64,000 nucleotides of DNA from an uncultured Thermodesulfobacteriota bacterium (GTDB lineage Bacteria; Desulfobacterota; GWC2-55-46; JADFVP01): positions 32,074 through 96,073 of the forward strand of contig CAYYJQ010000002.1 in the NCBI GenBank assembly GCA_964472295.1. The letters are read 5' to 3'. Under the pieces are notes generated by a model that did no database searches, was not told the DNA's origin, and was given only the letters and a program-made list of their open reading frames with translations. Position 1 is the first letter of the stretch; the number at the start of each line of letters is the position of its first letter. Both the position numbers and the translations under genes were made by a program. This document shows, in pieces, positions 27,375 to 37,268 of the stretch.

Positions 27375-29129
27375 TTACCTGGCTCCTATCTTCTTTAGAA
27401 GCACATTAAAGGTCCTCAAGATTATCTTCAAGTCCCCTATAAGCGACTGTTCCTTCACATAGGCGACATCATACCTTATCCAGTCATGGAAGTATGGACT
27501 GCCCCTTCCCTCCACCTGCCAGAGCCCTGTAATCCCGGGCTTCACCCTGAGCCTTATATCCCTCCAGCTCGGGCTGAACTTCATCTCGTCCATAACAAGG
27601 GGCCTTGGCCCCACAAGGCTCATCTCGCCCTTGATAACGTTAATGAGCTGCGGAATCTCATCAAGACTCGTCTTTCTGAGGAAAGCGCCCACCCGTGTAA
27701 TCCTCGGGTCCCTGTCCATCTTGAATACAGGGCCGTCCACGTTCTTGCTCTCCATGTATTTTTTCTGCAGTTTGTGTGCGTCCTTTATCATTGTCCTGAA
27801 CTTCAACATGCCAAACTCGCGCCCGTCCTTGCCGCAACGCCTCTGGCGGTATATGACAGAGCCCGGAGAATCGAACTTGATGACAAGGGCTATGACCAGC
27901 ATGAGTGGGGAGAGCGCCATGAGCGCAACGGCGGAGAGAACGACATCCATGGCCCTCTTTGTAATGAGATAGGCCTGCGACTTCACCGCCTCCATCTTTG
28001 CCATGGAAACGCTGCTTATGCCCTCGGCACTGTCCCTTGAAGGGGCAAGGTTCATGTCCCCATGTTTTATATCACCCACAAGTGCCTTGTTGTTATAGGA
28101 ACGGCCTTCTTTTATATCCGAATTGGAGGCGGCCACGCAGTAAAAGAGGCTCGCCCGGCTCATTACCTTCGTGTCCTGCCAGAGTATGCTCTCCCGGACA
28201 ATGGCGCCCTCGTCCACCACGCACCCGCGGCCGAGTATGACCGGCCCAACGATCTGAGCGTGGTCCTTTACAACGCAGTTGTCGCCGATGACGGCAGGCC
28301 CGATCAGATAAGACCTCGGTGATATTGCCACGTTCTTTCCAACCCAGACATTGGCGCCAACTTCCTTGAGCCCGCTTGGCACATGGCCCTTGAGGATGCG
28401 GGACCTGTGAAGGTTGTAATAATCATCAATACTCTCAATGGTCCTTATAAAGCCCTCGAGCCTGTGAACATATACAGGCATTGAGGCCTTTTTCATGGCA
28501 GGGAACAACTGCTCCTTTATATCAAAATACCCTTCGCTGTCCACAAGAGAGAGCACCTTGGAATTCACCATGAAAATGCCCTCGGACTTTACGAGGGACC
28601 GCCTGTTCCTTGAGGCATGGATAATGGAGATGTCATCGACAAGGCCGTCATCGCGGGCCTTGATGGTCTCGAGTGTGGCGTCCCGCCTGCACGAAGCCCC
28701 GATGGTAAGGGCCGCCCCCTTGTTCATGTGAAATCTTATCAACTCGTCAACAGCGCTGTACTCGGCATAAGTGTTGCATTGCATAACAAGGACATCGTCG
28801 TCCTCGAAAAAGTCCCTGAGGTCGCGAAGGACCCCTGCCGTGCCCCGCGGCCGATCTTCCTCGTAGTACTCTATCTTTACGGGTGGCCTCCTGCCTCCAA
28901 AGTGCTCCGACGGGTCTACAGGCCGGGCGCCCTTGCGTCCAACTACCACTACGCTGGAGATGCCGTTGTCAGAGAGACACTGGATGGTCTGTTCCAGTAT
29001 GGGCCTGTTAAAGACCGGCAGGGAACATATTGGGGCGTGCTTGATGAGGGGCCTGAGGAGAGCGTTCTCTCCATCGGCAAGGATAACCGCCCTCTTTACC
29101 CTGGCTTTGATATGCGCGTGGTTAATCAT
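27375..29129 (-). CDS. fusion of nucleotidyltransferase-like domain, left-handed beta-helix domain, and polyprenyl-phosphate sugar-phosphate transferase (initiating PGT, WbaP/PglC-type)
   Basis: N-terminus RAVILADGENALLRPL has the NTP_transferase fold with the glycine-rich motif degenerate. Hexapeptide repeats VGKNVAISPRSYLIGPAVIGDNCVV. TM helix, then the bacterial sugar-transferase core SVIYRQRRCGKDGREFGMLKFRTM...DEIPQLINVIKGEMSLVGPRP...PGITGLWQV. Confidence 0.75.
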   Translation of the reverse strand: MINHAHIKARVKRAVILADGENALLRPLIKHAPICSLPVFNRPILEQTIQCLSDNGISSVVVVGRKGARPVDPSEHFGGRRPPVKIEYYEEDRPRGTAGVLRDLRDFFEDDDVLVMQCNTYAEYSAVDELIRFHMNKGAALTIGASCRRDATLETIKARDDGLVDDISIIHASRNRRSLVKSEGIFMVNSKVLSLVDSEGYFDIKEQLFPAMKKASMPVYVHRLEGFIRTIESIDDYYNLHRSRILKGHVPSGLKEVGANVWVGKNVAISPRSYLIGPAVIGDNCVVKDHAQIVGPVILGRGCVVDEGAIVRESILWQDTKVMSRASLFYCVAASNSDIKEGRSYNNKALVGDIKHGDMNLAPSRDSAEGISSVSMAKMEAVKSQAYLITKRAMDVVLSAVALMALSPLMLVIALVIKFDSPGSVIYRQRRCGKDGREFGMLKFRTMIKDAHKLQKKYMESKNVDGPVFKMDRDPRITRVGAFLRKTSLDEIPQLINVIKGEMSLVGPRPLVMDEMKFSPSWRDIRLRVKPGITGLWQVEGRGSPYFHDWIRYDVAYVKEQSLIGDLKIILRTFNVLLKKIGAR

Positions 29130-29462
29130 GGAGTGGTTTTATCTGCAGTTTCCAAAGGTGTGATGTGAAGGTTTCAGAGGTTTATGCCGTAAAACCGGCG
29201 ATGAGCATCTGAGGCCTGAAGCCCTTGAGGAGGGCTGGAGATGAACCCCGCACTTGCAACTATTTTCGCCTGAACGGCTCTTTTTTGAGGAGGCCCGGGG
29301 AGGCCCGCCGATACATCATGTATTAAAATAAACCATAAGCCCCCTTTTGTCAATCCCTCTTTAGGGGGTTTTTAAAATTCTGCATACAGTGGGGGGGGTA
29401 GGGATCTTGAGAGGGGGACTCTTTTGAAATACCTAAGCCAGGCGTGATGCGAAGAAGGAGGA

Positions 29463-30083
29463 CTATCTATGACTCTCGAAAATCCTACAAATAAGAAGCG
29501 AGCGGTTGTTGACGCCTATCTTCTGCATGAGGCTCTTCACGTGGTCCTTCACCGTATGCTCGCTTATGAAGAGAAGACCGGATATGTCCCTGTTGGTCAT
29601 GCCCCTGGCAAGCCCCTTCAAGACCTCGGTCTCGCGCTTTGTAAGCCCGAACCTCGAGCAAATCTTGCCGATGTCAGCCGTAAGCCTCGTAGAGAACCTC
29701 TCCACTGTAATCATTACATGGGAGGCGCCGTCTTTCTTTGAGATCCTGTGTATGGGTATGGCCCTGAGGAAGTACTCCTCTCCCATGGAGACGATATTCT
29801 TGTAAATAAAGTGTTTTTTACCCTCCTTTTCCTCCCCTTCCTCCTTTTCCTCTCCGCCCATGGCCGAAAGGAGTTCATCGCAAAGCGATGGTATGGGTTC
29901 TGGCAAAGAGACGTCCTTCCCATCGGCGGGGTCCGGCTCCAGGTCCCCTTTTCCCATGAGGCCGCGGAGGAATTTTCGGGCCTCCTCGTTAACATAGAGG
30001 AGTTCCTTGCCGGCGCTCAATATCATCACCCCCGCAAGGGCCCGTTTCTGTATTATATCGCTATACGAATCCATACCAGTCAA
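29463..30083 (-). CDS. LuxR-family transcriptional regulator (PAS-like N-domain + LuxR HTH)
   Basis: C-terminal LTKRETEVLKGLARGMTNRDISGLLFISEHTVKDHVKSLMQKIG. It is transcribed divergently from the plus-strand glycan operon. Confidence 0.8.
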   Translation of the reverse strand: MTGMDSYSDIIQKRALAGVMILSAGKELLYVNEEARKFLRGLMGKGDLEPDPADGKDVSLPEPIPSLCDELLSAMGGEEKEEGEEKEGKKHFIYKNIVSMGEEYFLRAIPIHRISKKDGASHVMITVERFSTRLTADIGKICSRFGLTKRETEVLKGLARGMTNRDISGLLFISEHTVKDHVKSLMQKIGVNNRSLLICRIFESHR

Positions 30084-30385
30084 GTCATCGGCCCCCGGGC
30101 CGGCCGGGAGGTCTTCATGGCCGGCGCATACTTTGACATATTATCATATTCTCTGTTACGGCCTGTTGTCAAGAAGTTCCATGGTCACCTGACCTCAAGA
30201 CCCCGGGGCAGGCAAGAGACCGGGGAGCGGCGCGGAGTTAAATCTTTTTTATTGCCAAGAAGAGGCCTGCTCTTATATTATTACTTATTCAGTATAATTT
30301 TCATCCCGGTGCGGGAAGGCCCCTGACGCGGCGAAGTGGGCCCGGACCATCCAAGATTCCGGCCTATAGGAGACATAAGACATAG

Positions 30386-31132
30386 ATGAGCCTATCGGAG
30401 ACCAACAAGAGGATCTGGGACGGATTTGTCCCTGATTACGTTGACAAGAGGGTGGAGAAGATCCTCGACCTCCTGCCCTCTTCCCTTAAGAACCCCCGCT
30501 ATCTTGACATAGGTTGCTCCAACGGGGCGGCGACAATGCTCGTGGCAGGACGCATAGGGGCGGACGTGGTAAAGGGCGTTGACCTTGTGCTCACTGACGA
30601 GGCAATAAAAAGGGGCGTTGACGCCTCAGCCAATGACCTTAACAGCGGCGAGCCGCTACCATTTGACGACAACTCCTTTCACGTCGTAACGTGCATGGAG
30701 ACCCTTGAGCACGTCCATGACACGGACTTCCTCCTCTCGGAACTACGCCGCGTCCTCCAAGACGACGGCACAGCCATAGTGGACATTCCGCGCCTTGACT
30801 CCATGATGAACGTCCTACTCCTCTTCTTCGGTTTTCAGCCCCCTGGAGTTGAGTGCTCGGCAAAAAAAAGATACGGCGCCATAAACGAGGGGAGCATCCT
30901 TACAGGCCATGTATCGTACTTTACAAAGCGGGCCTTCATGGAGATACTCGGGGCCAGCGGCTTCAATGTCCTTGAATTCGCCCAGAGCGGGCAGAAGAGC
31001 GACTGGGAGGCCGTGCAGGCAAAGCTTGGCCGAAGGCCCGGAACCATTCCAAGGCTCCTCTGGACGCTCTACGACCTTATCCCCTTCAAGAAAGACTACA
31101 TGATAGCGAAGATCGGGAAAAAGATTAGATGA
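30386..31132 (+). CDS. class I SAM-dependent methyltransferase
   Basis: Motif I YLDIGCSNGAATMLVAG and an acidic motif II. It overlaps the next gene by 4 nt (ATGA). Confidence 0.7.
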   Translation: MSLSETNKRIWDGFVPDYVDKRVEKILDLLPSSLKNPRYLDIGCSNGAATMLVAGRIGADVVKGVDLVLTDEAIKRGVDASANDLNSGEPLPFDDNSFHVVTCMETLEHVHDTDFLLSELRRVLQDDGTAIVDIPRLDSMMNVLLLFFGFQPPGVECSAKKRYGAINEGSILTGHVSYFTKRAFMEILGASGFNVLEFAQSGQKSDWEAVQAKLGRRPGTIPRLLWTLYDLIPFKKDYMIAKIGKKIR

Positions 31133-34100
31133 AGTCACCCGAGAGGCCCACTTACCCCCATGCAACCGGTCTTGCCGTCTTTATCCTCGCCATAGCCGCG
31201 TACCTTCCCATCTCGCAAGTAGACCTCTCCATGCTCGACGAGGGCGCTCTCCTCTATGTGGCCGAGAGGCTCACAAAAGGGGATGTCCTCTACAGAGACA
31301 TTGTAACAGGCATAATGCCGGGGGTATATTACCTTCAGGCGCTCTTCTTCTCGGTCCTCGGATACTCGGTCATGGCGGGCCGTGTCCTTGCCTGCGCAAC
31401 TCTGGCGCTGAACGCGCTCCTTGTCTATCTTCTCGCCACCCGATTCTTAAGTAAAAAGACCTCAATCGCCCTTGGCCTATTCTTCATCTCCACGGCGCTA
31501 CCGTCCTACTGGATGGCCGGTTACTCGCAGGTATCCCTTACCTTTGTCCTCACAGGCCTCCTCTTTTTTCTCCGTTATCTCGGCTCCAGGGGTCTTGTTG
31601 ACCTTCTCATCTCAGGGGCCGCGGCGGGCATGGCCCTTGTCTTCAAACAGAACTACGGCGTCTTCATTACAGCGGGGCTCGGCATGACGCTTATGGCGAG
31701 GCTGGTCTTAAAGAGAGAATGGCGGCCCGTACTTGTCTTTTCCGCGGCCTTCCTTACCCCTCTTATCGTGATGGTCCTCTATTTCTATTCCACCGGGGCC
31801 CTCCCCAATATGACAGAATATACCTTCTTCTCGCTCTTCAAGAAGGCGGCGGGCGCGTACTACAAGCCCTATCCCCTTCTCTCGCGAACTGACCCCCTGT
31901 TTTTCAACCATGAACTCTACAACTTCATCCCCTTCAGGAACCTCGCCATCTGGTCCTTAAAGGAGGGATATGCCCGCGAGGCCTGGGTGCGCGCCGCCGT
32001 GGTCATTATATACGCCCTCGCGCCCCTTATAATAGCGTCTTCCCTTGTTTACGGGGCCATCGCCCTTGTACGGAGAAGACTCAAGTGGGAAGAGGGCGTC
32101 CTCATGCTCGTATCCTTCCTCCTCTTTCTCGGCGTATTCCCTCGTAGCGACATTCACCACCTTATCTTCATAGCCCCGCCCCTCATGGTCACAGGGGCCA
32201 TGCTCGCGGGCAGGCTACCCGTGGGGGGCAAGGCCCTCATGATCTCAAGGACCTGCGCCCTTGTCATCATGGGTCTTTTCTCGGCCCTCTGCCTTGTCTC
32301 GTCATACATGCCGCTCCTGCACCCAGCGCCAGGCCGCGAAAAAGTAGCCCTCGACATACCAAGGGCAGGGGGGATAAGGGTCGAGAAGCGCGAGGCCAGG
32401 GTAATAAGGGCCGTTACGAATCATATCAGAAAGCATACCCGGCCAGACGAGCCAATCCTCGTGGTGCCAACAGGGGCCATGTACTATTTTCTCGCGGGCA
32501 GGAGGAGCGTGGTCCCATACCCCCTCATAATGCCCGGCGCCATGGACGAGGCCGTTGTAATCAAGGCCATGGAGAAGGCCTCGCTCAGATACATAATCTA
32601 CTCGGACATGAGCTTTGACGAGGAGACCCTCAGCCGGCACATGCCCCTTATCCATGATTACATACAAAAGAACTACAGTATAGACCCCTCCTATCCATTA
32701 AGAGAGACGGGCGGGAATGTCTATGTCCTGAAGAGGGGAAGGCCCGGAGAAGAAATAACCCCCCTCGATAGCGAGGCCGGTGAGGCCCTCGTGCATACGC
32801 GCGGCAGACATCTGCCCGTGCTCCTTGACCTTGCAGGGGGCCTTGAGAAGGCCCGTAGCGGCGTAATCCTCGGGAGCGGCAGGGGCGTGCCGCTCTTCCG
32901 GGAAAATCAGGTAACGCGCAACGCCTGGCTCCTGAAGGACGCCATACTACAGGAACCGGGCCGTGGCTGGTCCAAGGTATACACCGCCTTCAGCCTCCAC
33001 GTCCCGCGCTCCTCTGGACTCAGGTTCTCCATAGGCCAGTCCCCTGTGGTATGGTCCCCATGGTTCGGCGACGGGGCCCTCTTCGAGGTCTTTTTATATG
33101 ATAAAAGCGAGGGGAGACTCGTGAGGCTCTTCTCACGCTACCTTGACCCCAAGAACAACCTTAAGGAACGAAGGTGGTTCACCTATCTTGCGGGTTTGAA
33201 AAAATACGGCGGTCGTGATTTAATAATATACTTTGTAACATCTGGCGGGCCGCGGCTCAACCTCACCCTGGGAGAGATGAACAGGTGGAGGCAGATTGAC
33301 ATGGCCGGCTGGGGCGCCCCGGCAATCGTGGGCATTGGCAAGGTAGAGGGCTCCAATGGCGCCATGGTCTCTGGCAAGGCACAGAAGGTCCTCCTGCCGC
33401 CAATGGCCGCGCGGGAGATGGCGCGCTTTGACGACATATCCTTTATACTGGAAGAAAAAAAGAAGTACCCCGGTGATTATGACGTGCTCCTCACGCTGGG
33501 GAGGATATATGAGAGGGCGGGCAGAAAAGATAAGGCAATCAGGGAGTACAGGGCCGCACTTAAGTCCTACGCCCGGGGAAGCGAGGCAAGGAACCTCCTT
33601 TCGAGATATTATATAAGGAAGGGCCAGCATAAAAAGGCCGAGGGCCTTCTAATTGAGGGCCTCGGCCTTGACCGGACGGACGCGAAGCTCAATATGACCA
33701 TGGCGGACCTTTACAGGCGCAGGGGAAAATATGAGATGGCCGTCATGAGTTACGGCCAGGTTCTTCGCGCACGGCCAGGTGACGAGTGGGCTCTCCTTGG
33801 GCTGGCCCGCACCTACCTCGCCGAAAAAAAACCCGGGAAGGCCATGTCCGAGGCCAATAAGGCCCTTGACGCGCACCCCGGGAGCACGGCGGCCCTGATA
33901 ATGATTGGCGATGCCTACAGGCTCAAGAAAGAATGGAAAAGGGCCGAAAAAACTTACAGGAAGGCCTTGAGGACAAATCCGGACAGCCCGGCCCTGAAAC
34001 TCAAACTCGCCCTCTCGCTTAAGGCCATGGGCAGAACTGAAGAGGCCCTGAAGGCTTACGGCGAGGCCCTCACGGCAAGGGGGGCCAGCGATGCCCTCAA

Positions 34101-34158
34101 GAAGATGGCGAAAAAGGAAATATCCTCCATCTTGAGACAAAAGAAGGAACAGAGATAA
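31129..34158 (+). CDS. GT-C-fold membrane glycosyltransferase (ArnT/PMT-like, polyprenyl-P-sugar dependent) with periplasmic DUF and C-terminal TPR repeats
   Basis: Roughly 12 N-terminal TM helices. The central soluble domain FEVFLYDKSEGRLVRLFSRYLDPKNNLKERRWF...IYFVTSGGPRL is shared with the protein at 39648..43298. The C-terminal 250 aa are TPR repeats. Confidence 0.65.
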   Translation: MKSPERPTYPHATGLAVFILAIAAYLPISQVDLSMLDEGALLYVAERLTKGDVLYRDIVTGIMPGVYYLQALFFSVLGYSVMAGRVLACATLALNALLVYLLATRFLSKKTSIALGLFFISTALPSYWMAGYSQVSLTFVLTGLLFFLRYLGSRGLVDLLISGAAAGMALVFKQNYGVFITAGLGMTLMARLVLKREWRPVLVFSAAFLTPLIVMVLYFYSTGALPNMTEYTFFSLFKKAAGAYYKPYPLLSRTDPLFFNHELYNFIPFRNLAIWSLKEGYAREAWVRAAVVIIYALAPLIIASSLVYGAIALVRRRLKWEEGVLMLVSFLLFLGVFPRSDIHHLIFIAPPLMVTGAMLAGRLPVGGKALMISRTCALVIMGLFSALCLVSSYMPLLHPAPGREKVALDIPRAGGIRVEKREARVIRAVTNHIRKHTRPDEPILVVPTGAMYYFLAGRRSVVPYPLIMPGAMDEAVVIKAMEKASLRYIIYSDMSFDEETLSRHMPLIHDYIQKNYSIDPSYPLRETGGNVYVLKRGRPGEEITPLDSEAGEALVHTRGRHLPVLLDLAGGLEKARSGVILGSGRGVPLFRENQVTRNAWLLKDAILQEPGRGWSKVYTAFSLHVPRSSGLRFSIGQSPVVWSPWFGDGALFEVFLYDKSEGRLVRLFSRYLDPKNNLKERRWFTYLAGLKKYGGRDLIIYFVTSGGPRLNLTLGEMNRWRQIDMAGWGAPAIVGIGKVEGSNGAMVSGKAQKVLLPPMAAREMARFDDISFILEEKKKYPGDYDVLLTLGRIYERAGRKDKAIREYRAALKSYARGSEARNLLSRYYIRKGQHKKAEGLLIEGLGLDRTDAKLNMTMADLYRRRGKYEMAVMSYGQVLRARPGDEWALLGLARTYLAEKKPGKAMSEANKALDAHPGSTAALIMIGDAYRLKKEWKRAEKTYRKALRTNPDSPALKLKLALSLKAMGRTEEALKAYGEALTARGASDALKKMAKKEISSILRQKKEQR

Positions 34159-34961
34159 TGTCCATATCCATAACAAGGGGGCTCAAGCGGTCCCTTGAGT
34201 TCAGGAACCTTGTCACCGAGTTCGTAAAGAGCGACCTTCGGGCACGGTACGTGGGCTCAACGCTGGGCATCTACTGGTCCATAGTAAACCCCATTCTGCT
34301 CCTCATCATCTACACGCTCGTCTTCTCTGTCATACTCGGCGTAAGGTTCAAGGGCGGGCAGAGTTCTGACCACTACGCCCTCTATCTCTTCTGCGGCATG
34401 CTCCCCTGGCTCACCTTTCAGGAATCCATCACCACCAGCGTCGGAATACTGCCAAAGAACGCGAGCCTCATAAAAAATGTCGTATTCCCGCTAAAGACCC
34501 TGCACACCTCCATGGTCATATCAGGACTCATAAGCGAACTCATCGGCATAGCCATACTCCTTGTCTTCAGGCTTGTGCTCCTACACTCCATCGGAAACCT
34601 CTTCCCACTGCTCCTGGTAATCATATTCTTCCAGTTTTTCATGACCATGGGTTTTGCCCTCTTTCTCTCGGCCCTCAACGTCTTTTTCCGGGACGTGAAC
34701 CCCCTCATGAGGCCGCTTATCAGGATGTGGATGTACCTTACCCCGGTATTCTTCCCCCTCTCCATAGTACCCTCCACGGTAAGGTTCTTCATATACTTGA
34801 ACCCCATGACCCCCCTCATCATGGCGTACAGGGACGTGCTCCTGAATGACAAACTCCCTGGAGTAGGCTTTATTTACTTCATGATATTCTCGATAGTCAT
34901 CTTTATATACGGGTACAGGTTCTTCACAAAAAACCATATGAAACTCGTGGACCTCCTATAG
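34158..34961 (+). CDS. wzm: ABC-2 type polysaccharide exporter permease (Wzm/KpsM/TagG family)
   Basis: LRARYVGSTLGIYWSIVNPILLLIIYTLVF. Six TM helices. It is followed immediately by the ATPase gene. Confidence 0.8.
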   Translation: MSISITRGLKRSLEFRNLVTEFVKSDLRARYVGSTLGIYWSIVNPILLLIIYTLVFSVILGVRFKGGQSSDHYALYLFCGMLPWLTFQESITTSVGILPKNASLIKNVVFPLKTLHTSMVISGLISELIGIAILLVFRLVLLHSIGNLFPLLLVIIFFQFFMTMGFALFLSALNVFFRDVNPLMRPLIRMWMYLTPVFFPLSIVPSTVRFFIYLNPMTPLIMAYRDVLLNDKLPGVGFIYFMIFSIVIFIYGYRFFTKNHMKLVDLL

Positions 34962-34964
34962 ACA

Positions 34965-36218
34965 ATGATTGCCATCAAGGCCGAGAACCTCGGCAAAAAA
35001 TACGAGGTATACAAAAAACCCTCTCACCGGCTTGCGGAGATGCTCTTTCCAAAGGGCAAGAAGAGGCACAGGGACATGTGGGCCTTGAGAGAAGTCGACT
35101 TCGAGATAGAGAAGGGCTCTACCTGCGGGATTATCGGCCATAACGGGGCTGGAAAGAGCACGCTCTTAAGGCTCCTCTCGGGGCTCAGCCAGCCCAGTAC
35201 GGGCAGGATAACCACAAGGGGCAAGGTCACGAGCGTGCTTCAGCTTGGCGCTGGCTTCAGGGGAGACTTCACTGGAAGGGCGAACCTCTTCATGAACTGC
35301 TCCCTCATGGGTATCCCCAGAGAGGTAATCGAGACCAAGTTAGAGGAAATCCTGGACTTTTCCGAACTCGGGCACTTCATAGACATGCCCGTGAATACCT
35401 ATTCCTCTGGCATGAAGATGCGCCTTACCTTCTCCATCATGGTTGCCCTTGAACCGGAGATACTCCTCATAGACGAGGTCATTGCCGTTGGGGACGAGTA
35501 CTTCAGGGGGAAATGCTTCAACAAGATAAACGACCTCAAGCGCAGCGGCACGACCCTTGTAATAGTCACGCACAGCCTTTACAATCTAAGGAGCATCTGC
35601 GACCGCGTCATACTCCTTGAAAGAGGCCGCCTTGTTGCCAACGGCCAGCCCGACGAGGTGGTGGACAAATACCTCAACATGGTCCATGCCCAGAGAGAGG
35701 AACAGATACATAAGATAAATACTCGGGTAAAGGCAAAGGATTCGAGACCACGATGGGGCGAGGGCACCATAACCATAGACAAGGTGCGGCTCCTCGACAA
35801 TACCGGAACCGAACGCTACGTCTATCAGCCCGGTGACAGGGTAATAATCGAGGCCTCCTACAGTGTCAGAGAGACTACGAAAAAACCCGTCTTCGGCATA
35901 GGCATTTTCAGAAGCGACGGCACGTATATCTCGGGACTCAACCACCTCTGGCACAGAGACCCCCTTGAGATAGAAGAACTCAGGGAGGGAACACGGGGCA
36001 CCATAACCTGCCGAGTGAACGAACTCCCCCTTCTCAAGGGTTCTTATTATATATCCTATTACTGTTACGACCACAGCGAACTCGCCCCCACGCCCGTGGA
36101 CCACATGGAAAAGGCCCTCATCTTCGAGGTCATGGAGGGTAATGTCATAGAGCATGGCATGGTCTCCATTGCCACGTCGTGGGAATTAAGGCAGAACGAG
36201 GCCCATGAACCCGCTTAA
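34965..36218 (+). CDS. wzt: ABC polysaccharide exporter ATPase (Wzt/KpsT/TagH family) with C-terminal carbohydrate-binding extension
   Basis: Walker A GHNGAGKST, signature YSSGMKMRL, Walker B ILLIDEV. A roughly 170-aa C-terminal extra domain is typical of Wzt terminal-residue-binding modules. Confidence 0.85.
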   Translation: MIAIKAENLGKKYEVYKKPSHRLAEMLFPKGKKRHRDMWALREVDFEIEKGSTCGIIGHNGAGKSTLLRLLSGLSQPSTGRITTRGKVTSVLQLGAGFRGDFTGRANLFMNCSLMGIPREVIETKLEEILDFSELGHFIDMPVNTYSSGMKMRLTFSIMVALEPEILLIDEVIAVGDEYFRGKCFNKINDLKRSGTTLVIVTHSLYNLRSICDRVILLERGRLVANGQPDEVVDKYLNMVHAQREEQIHKINTRVKAKDSRPRWGEGTITIDKVRLLDNTGTERYVYQPGDRVIIEASYSVRETTKKPVFGIGIFRSDGTYISGLNHLWHRDPLEIEELREGTRGTITCRVNELPLLKGSYYISYYCYDHSELAPTPVDHMEKALIFEVMEGNVIEHGMVSIATSWELRQNEAHEPA

Positions 36219-37260
36219 ACTGCCCTTTGACCAGTACCAGAGATACCGCGTTGCTTGCGACGCCATAGAGGCGGTGCGCGAGGAGGGGGAAAAACTCACC
36301 GTCCTTGACGTTGGCGGCAGCCCGGGCCTTGCGCTGGATTTTCTCCCCAAGGACCGTGTCTTTGTCATCGACAGGACTGATGCCTCGAAGGGGCCTTTTA
36401 TCCGCGGTGACGGCACGGCCATGCCCTTCAGGGACAGGGCCTTTGACGTGGTAATGAGCGTGGACGTGCTCGAACACATCGCGCCCGAGAGAAGAGAGAC
36501 CTTCCTGAATGAACTCAAGCGTGTCTCGAAGAGATACGTCTTTATCGCCGCGCCCTTCCGCTCGGACGCCGTGGTAGAGGCCGAACGCGTCCTATATGAC
36601 GTAATAAAGGCCGCAAGCGGCGAGGAGCACGCCTTCTTGAAGGAGCACCTTGAGCACGGCCTGCCCGAAGAGTCAGGCGTGAGAGAGACCCTGGAGGGAG
36701 ACAGATGGGAGACCCTCTCCATACCCAACGGCGCCCTCAAGCGCTGGCTCCCCATGATGGCGCTCATGCTTTACATGATAGGGGACGAGAACCTCAGGGA
36801 CATTGCCGGACGGGTAAGCGCCTTTTATAACTCCAACTACTACGAGGACGACAACAGGGAACCCTCGTACCGCCGCCTTGTGGGCGCGGCAAGGGGCGGG
36901 TTCCCGCAAGGGGCCGCCGAAAAGATAGCGTTCCTTGCCTCAGGTGAAAAAGACGAAAAGGGACTGGACCTCTCGTGGCTCTCACTCTTTATCACCCTCT
37001 TCGGGTACAGAGACCTTAAGAAGGCACGCCATGACGAGAGAGAAGAATTCAAAAAAGTCATCGAGGCGAGGGATAACCATATAGAGAGCCTCAAGGAGAC
37101 GGTTACGGAGAAGGACAGGCGCATAAAAAGACAGAAAGATACGATAGAGGGTCAGAAAAAGACCATTGAAGCGCTCAGGAAGAGGCTTGAGACGCTGGAA
37201 AGATCCCCTGCCGTAAAGGCCCTCAAGGGGATTGGCGTCATAAAGAAGACCGGGAAATAA
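36205..37260 (+). CDS. SAM-dependent methyltransferase with C-terminal coiled coil (WbdD-like chain-terminating/capping enzyme candidate)
   Basis: LTVLDVGGSPGLALDFL...FDVVMSVDVLEHI methyltransferase fold. C-terminal heptad-like ESLKETVTEKDRRIKRQKDTIEGQKKTIEALRKRLETLE. It overlaps wzt by 14 nt. Confidence 0.6.
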   Translation: MNPLKLPFDQYQRYRVACDAIEAVREEGEKLTVLDVGGSPGLALDFLPKDRVFVIDRTDASKGPFIRGDGTAMPFRDRAFDVVMSVDVLEHIAPERRETFLNELKRVSKRYVFIAAPFRSDAVVEAERVLYDVIKAASGEEHAFLKEHLEHGLPEESGVRETLEGDRWETLSIPNGALKRWLPMMALMLYMIGDENLRDIAGRVSAFYNSNYYEDDNREPSYRRLVGAARGGFPQGAAEKIAFLASGEKDEKGLDLSWLSLFITLFGYRDLKKARHDEREEFKKVIEARDNHIESLKETVTEKDRRIKRQKDTIEGQKKTIEALRKRLETLERSPAVKALKGIGVIKKTGK

Positions 37261-37268
37261 GGGTTCTA

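Noticed and set aside
29463-30083. PEP-CTERM/exosortase system (LuxR-type EpsA-like regulator, Wzc-like and Wza-like proteins, initiating PGT)
   Set aside because: No exosortase-like polytopic protein with the Cys/Arg/Asn signature was found, and no PEP-CTERM-tailed substrate. The resemblance rests only on shared generic EPS components.
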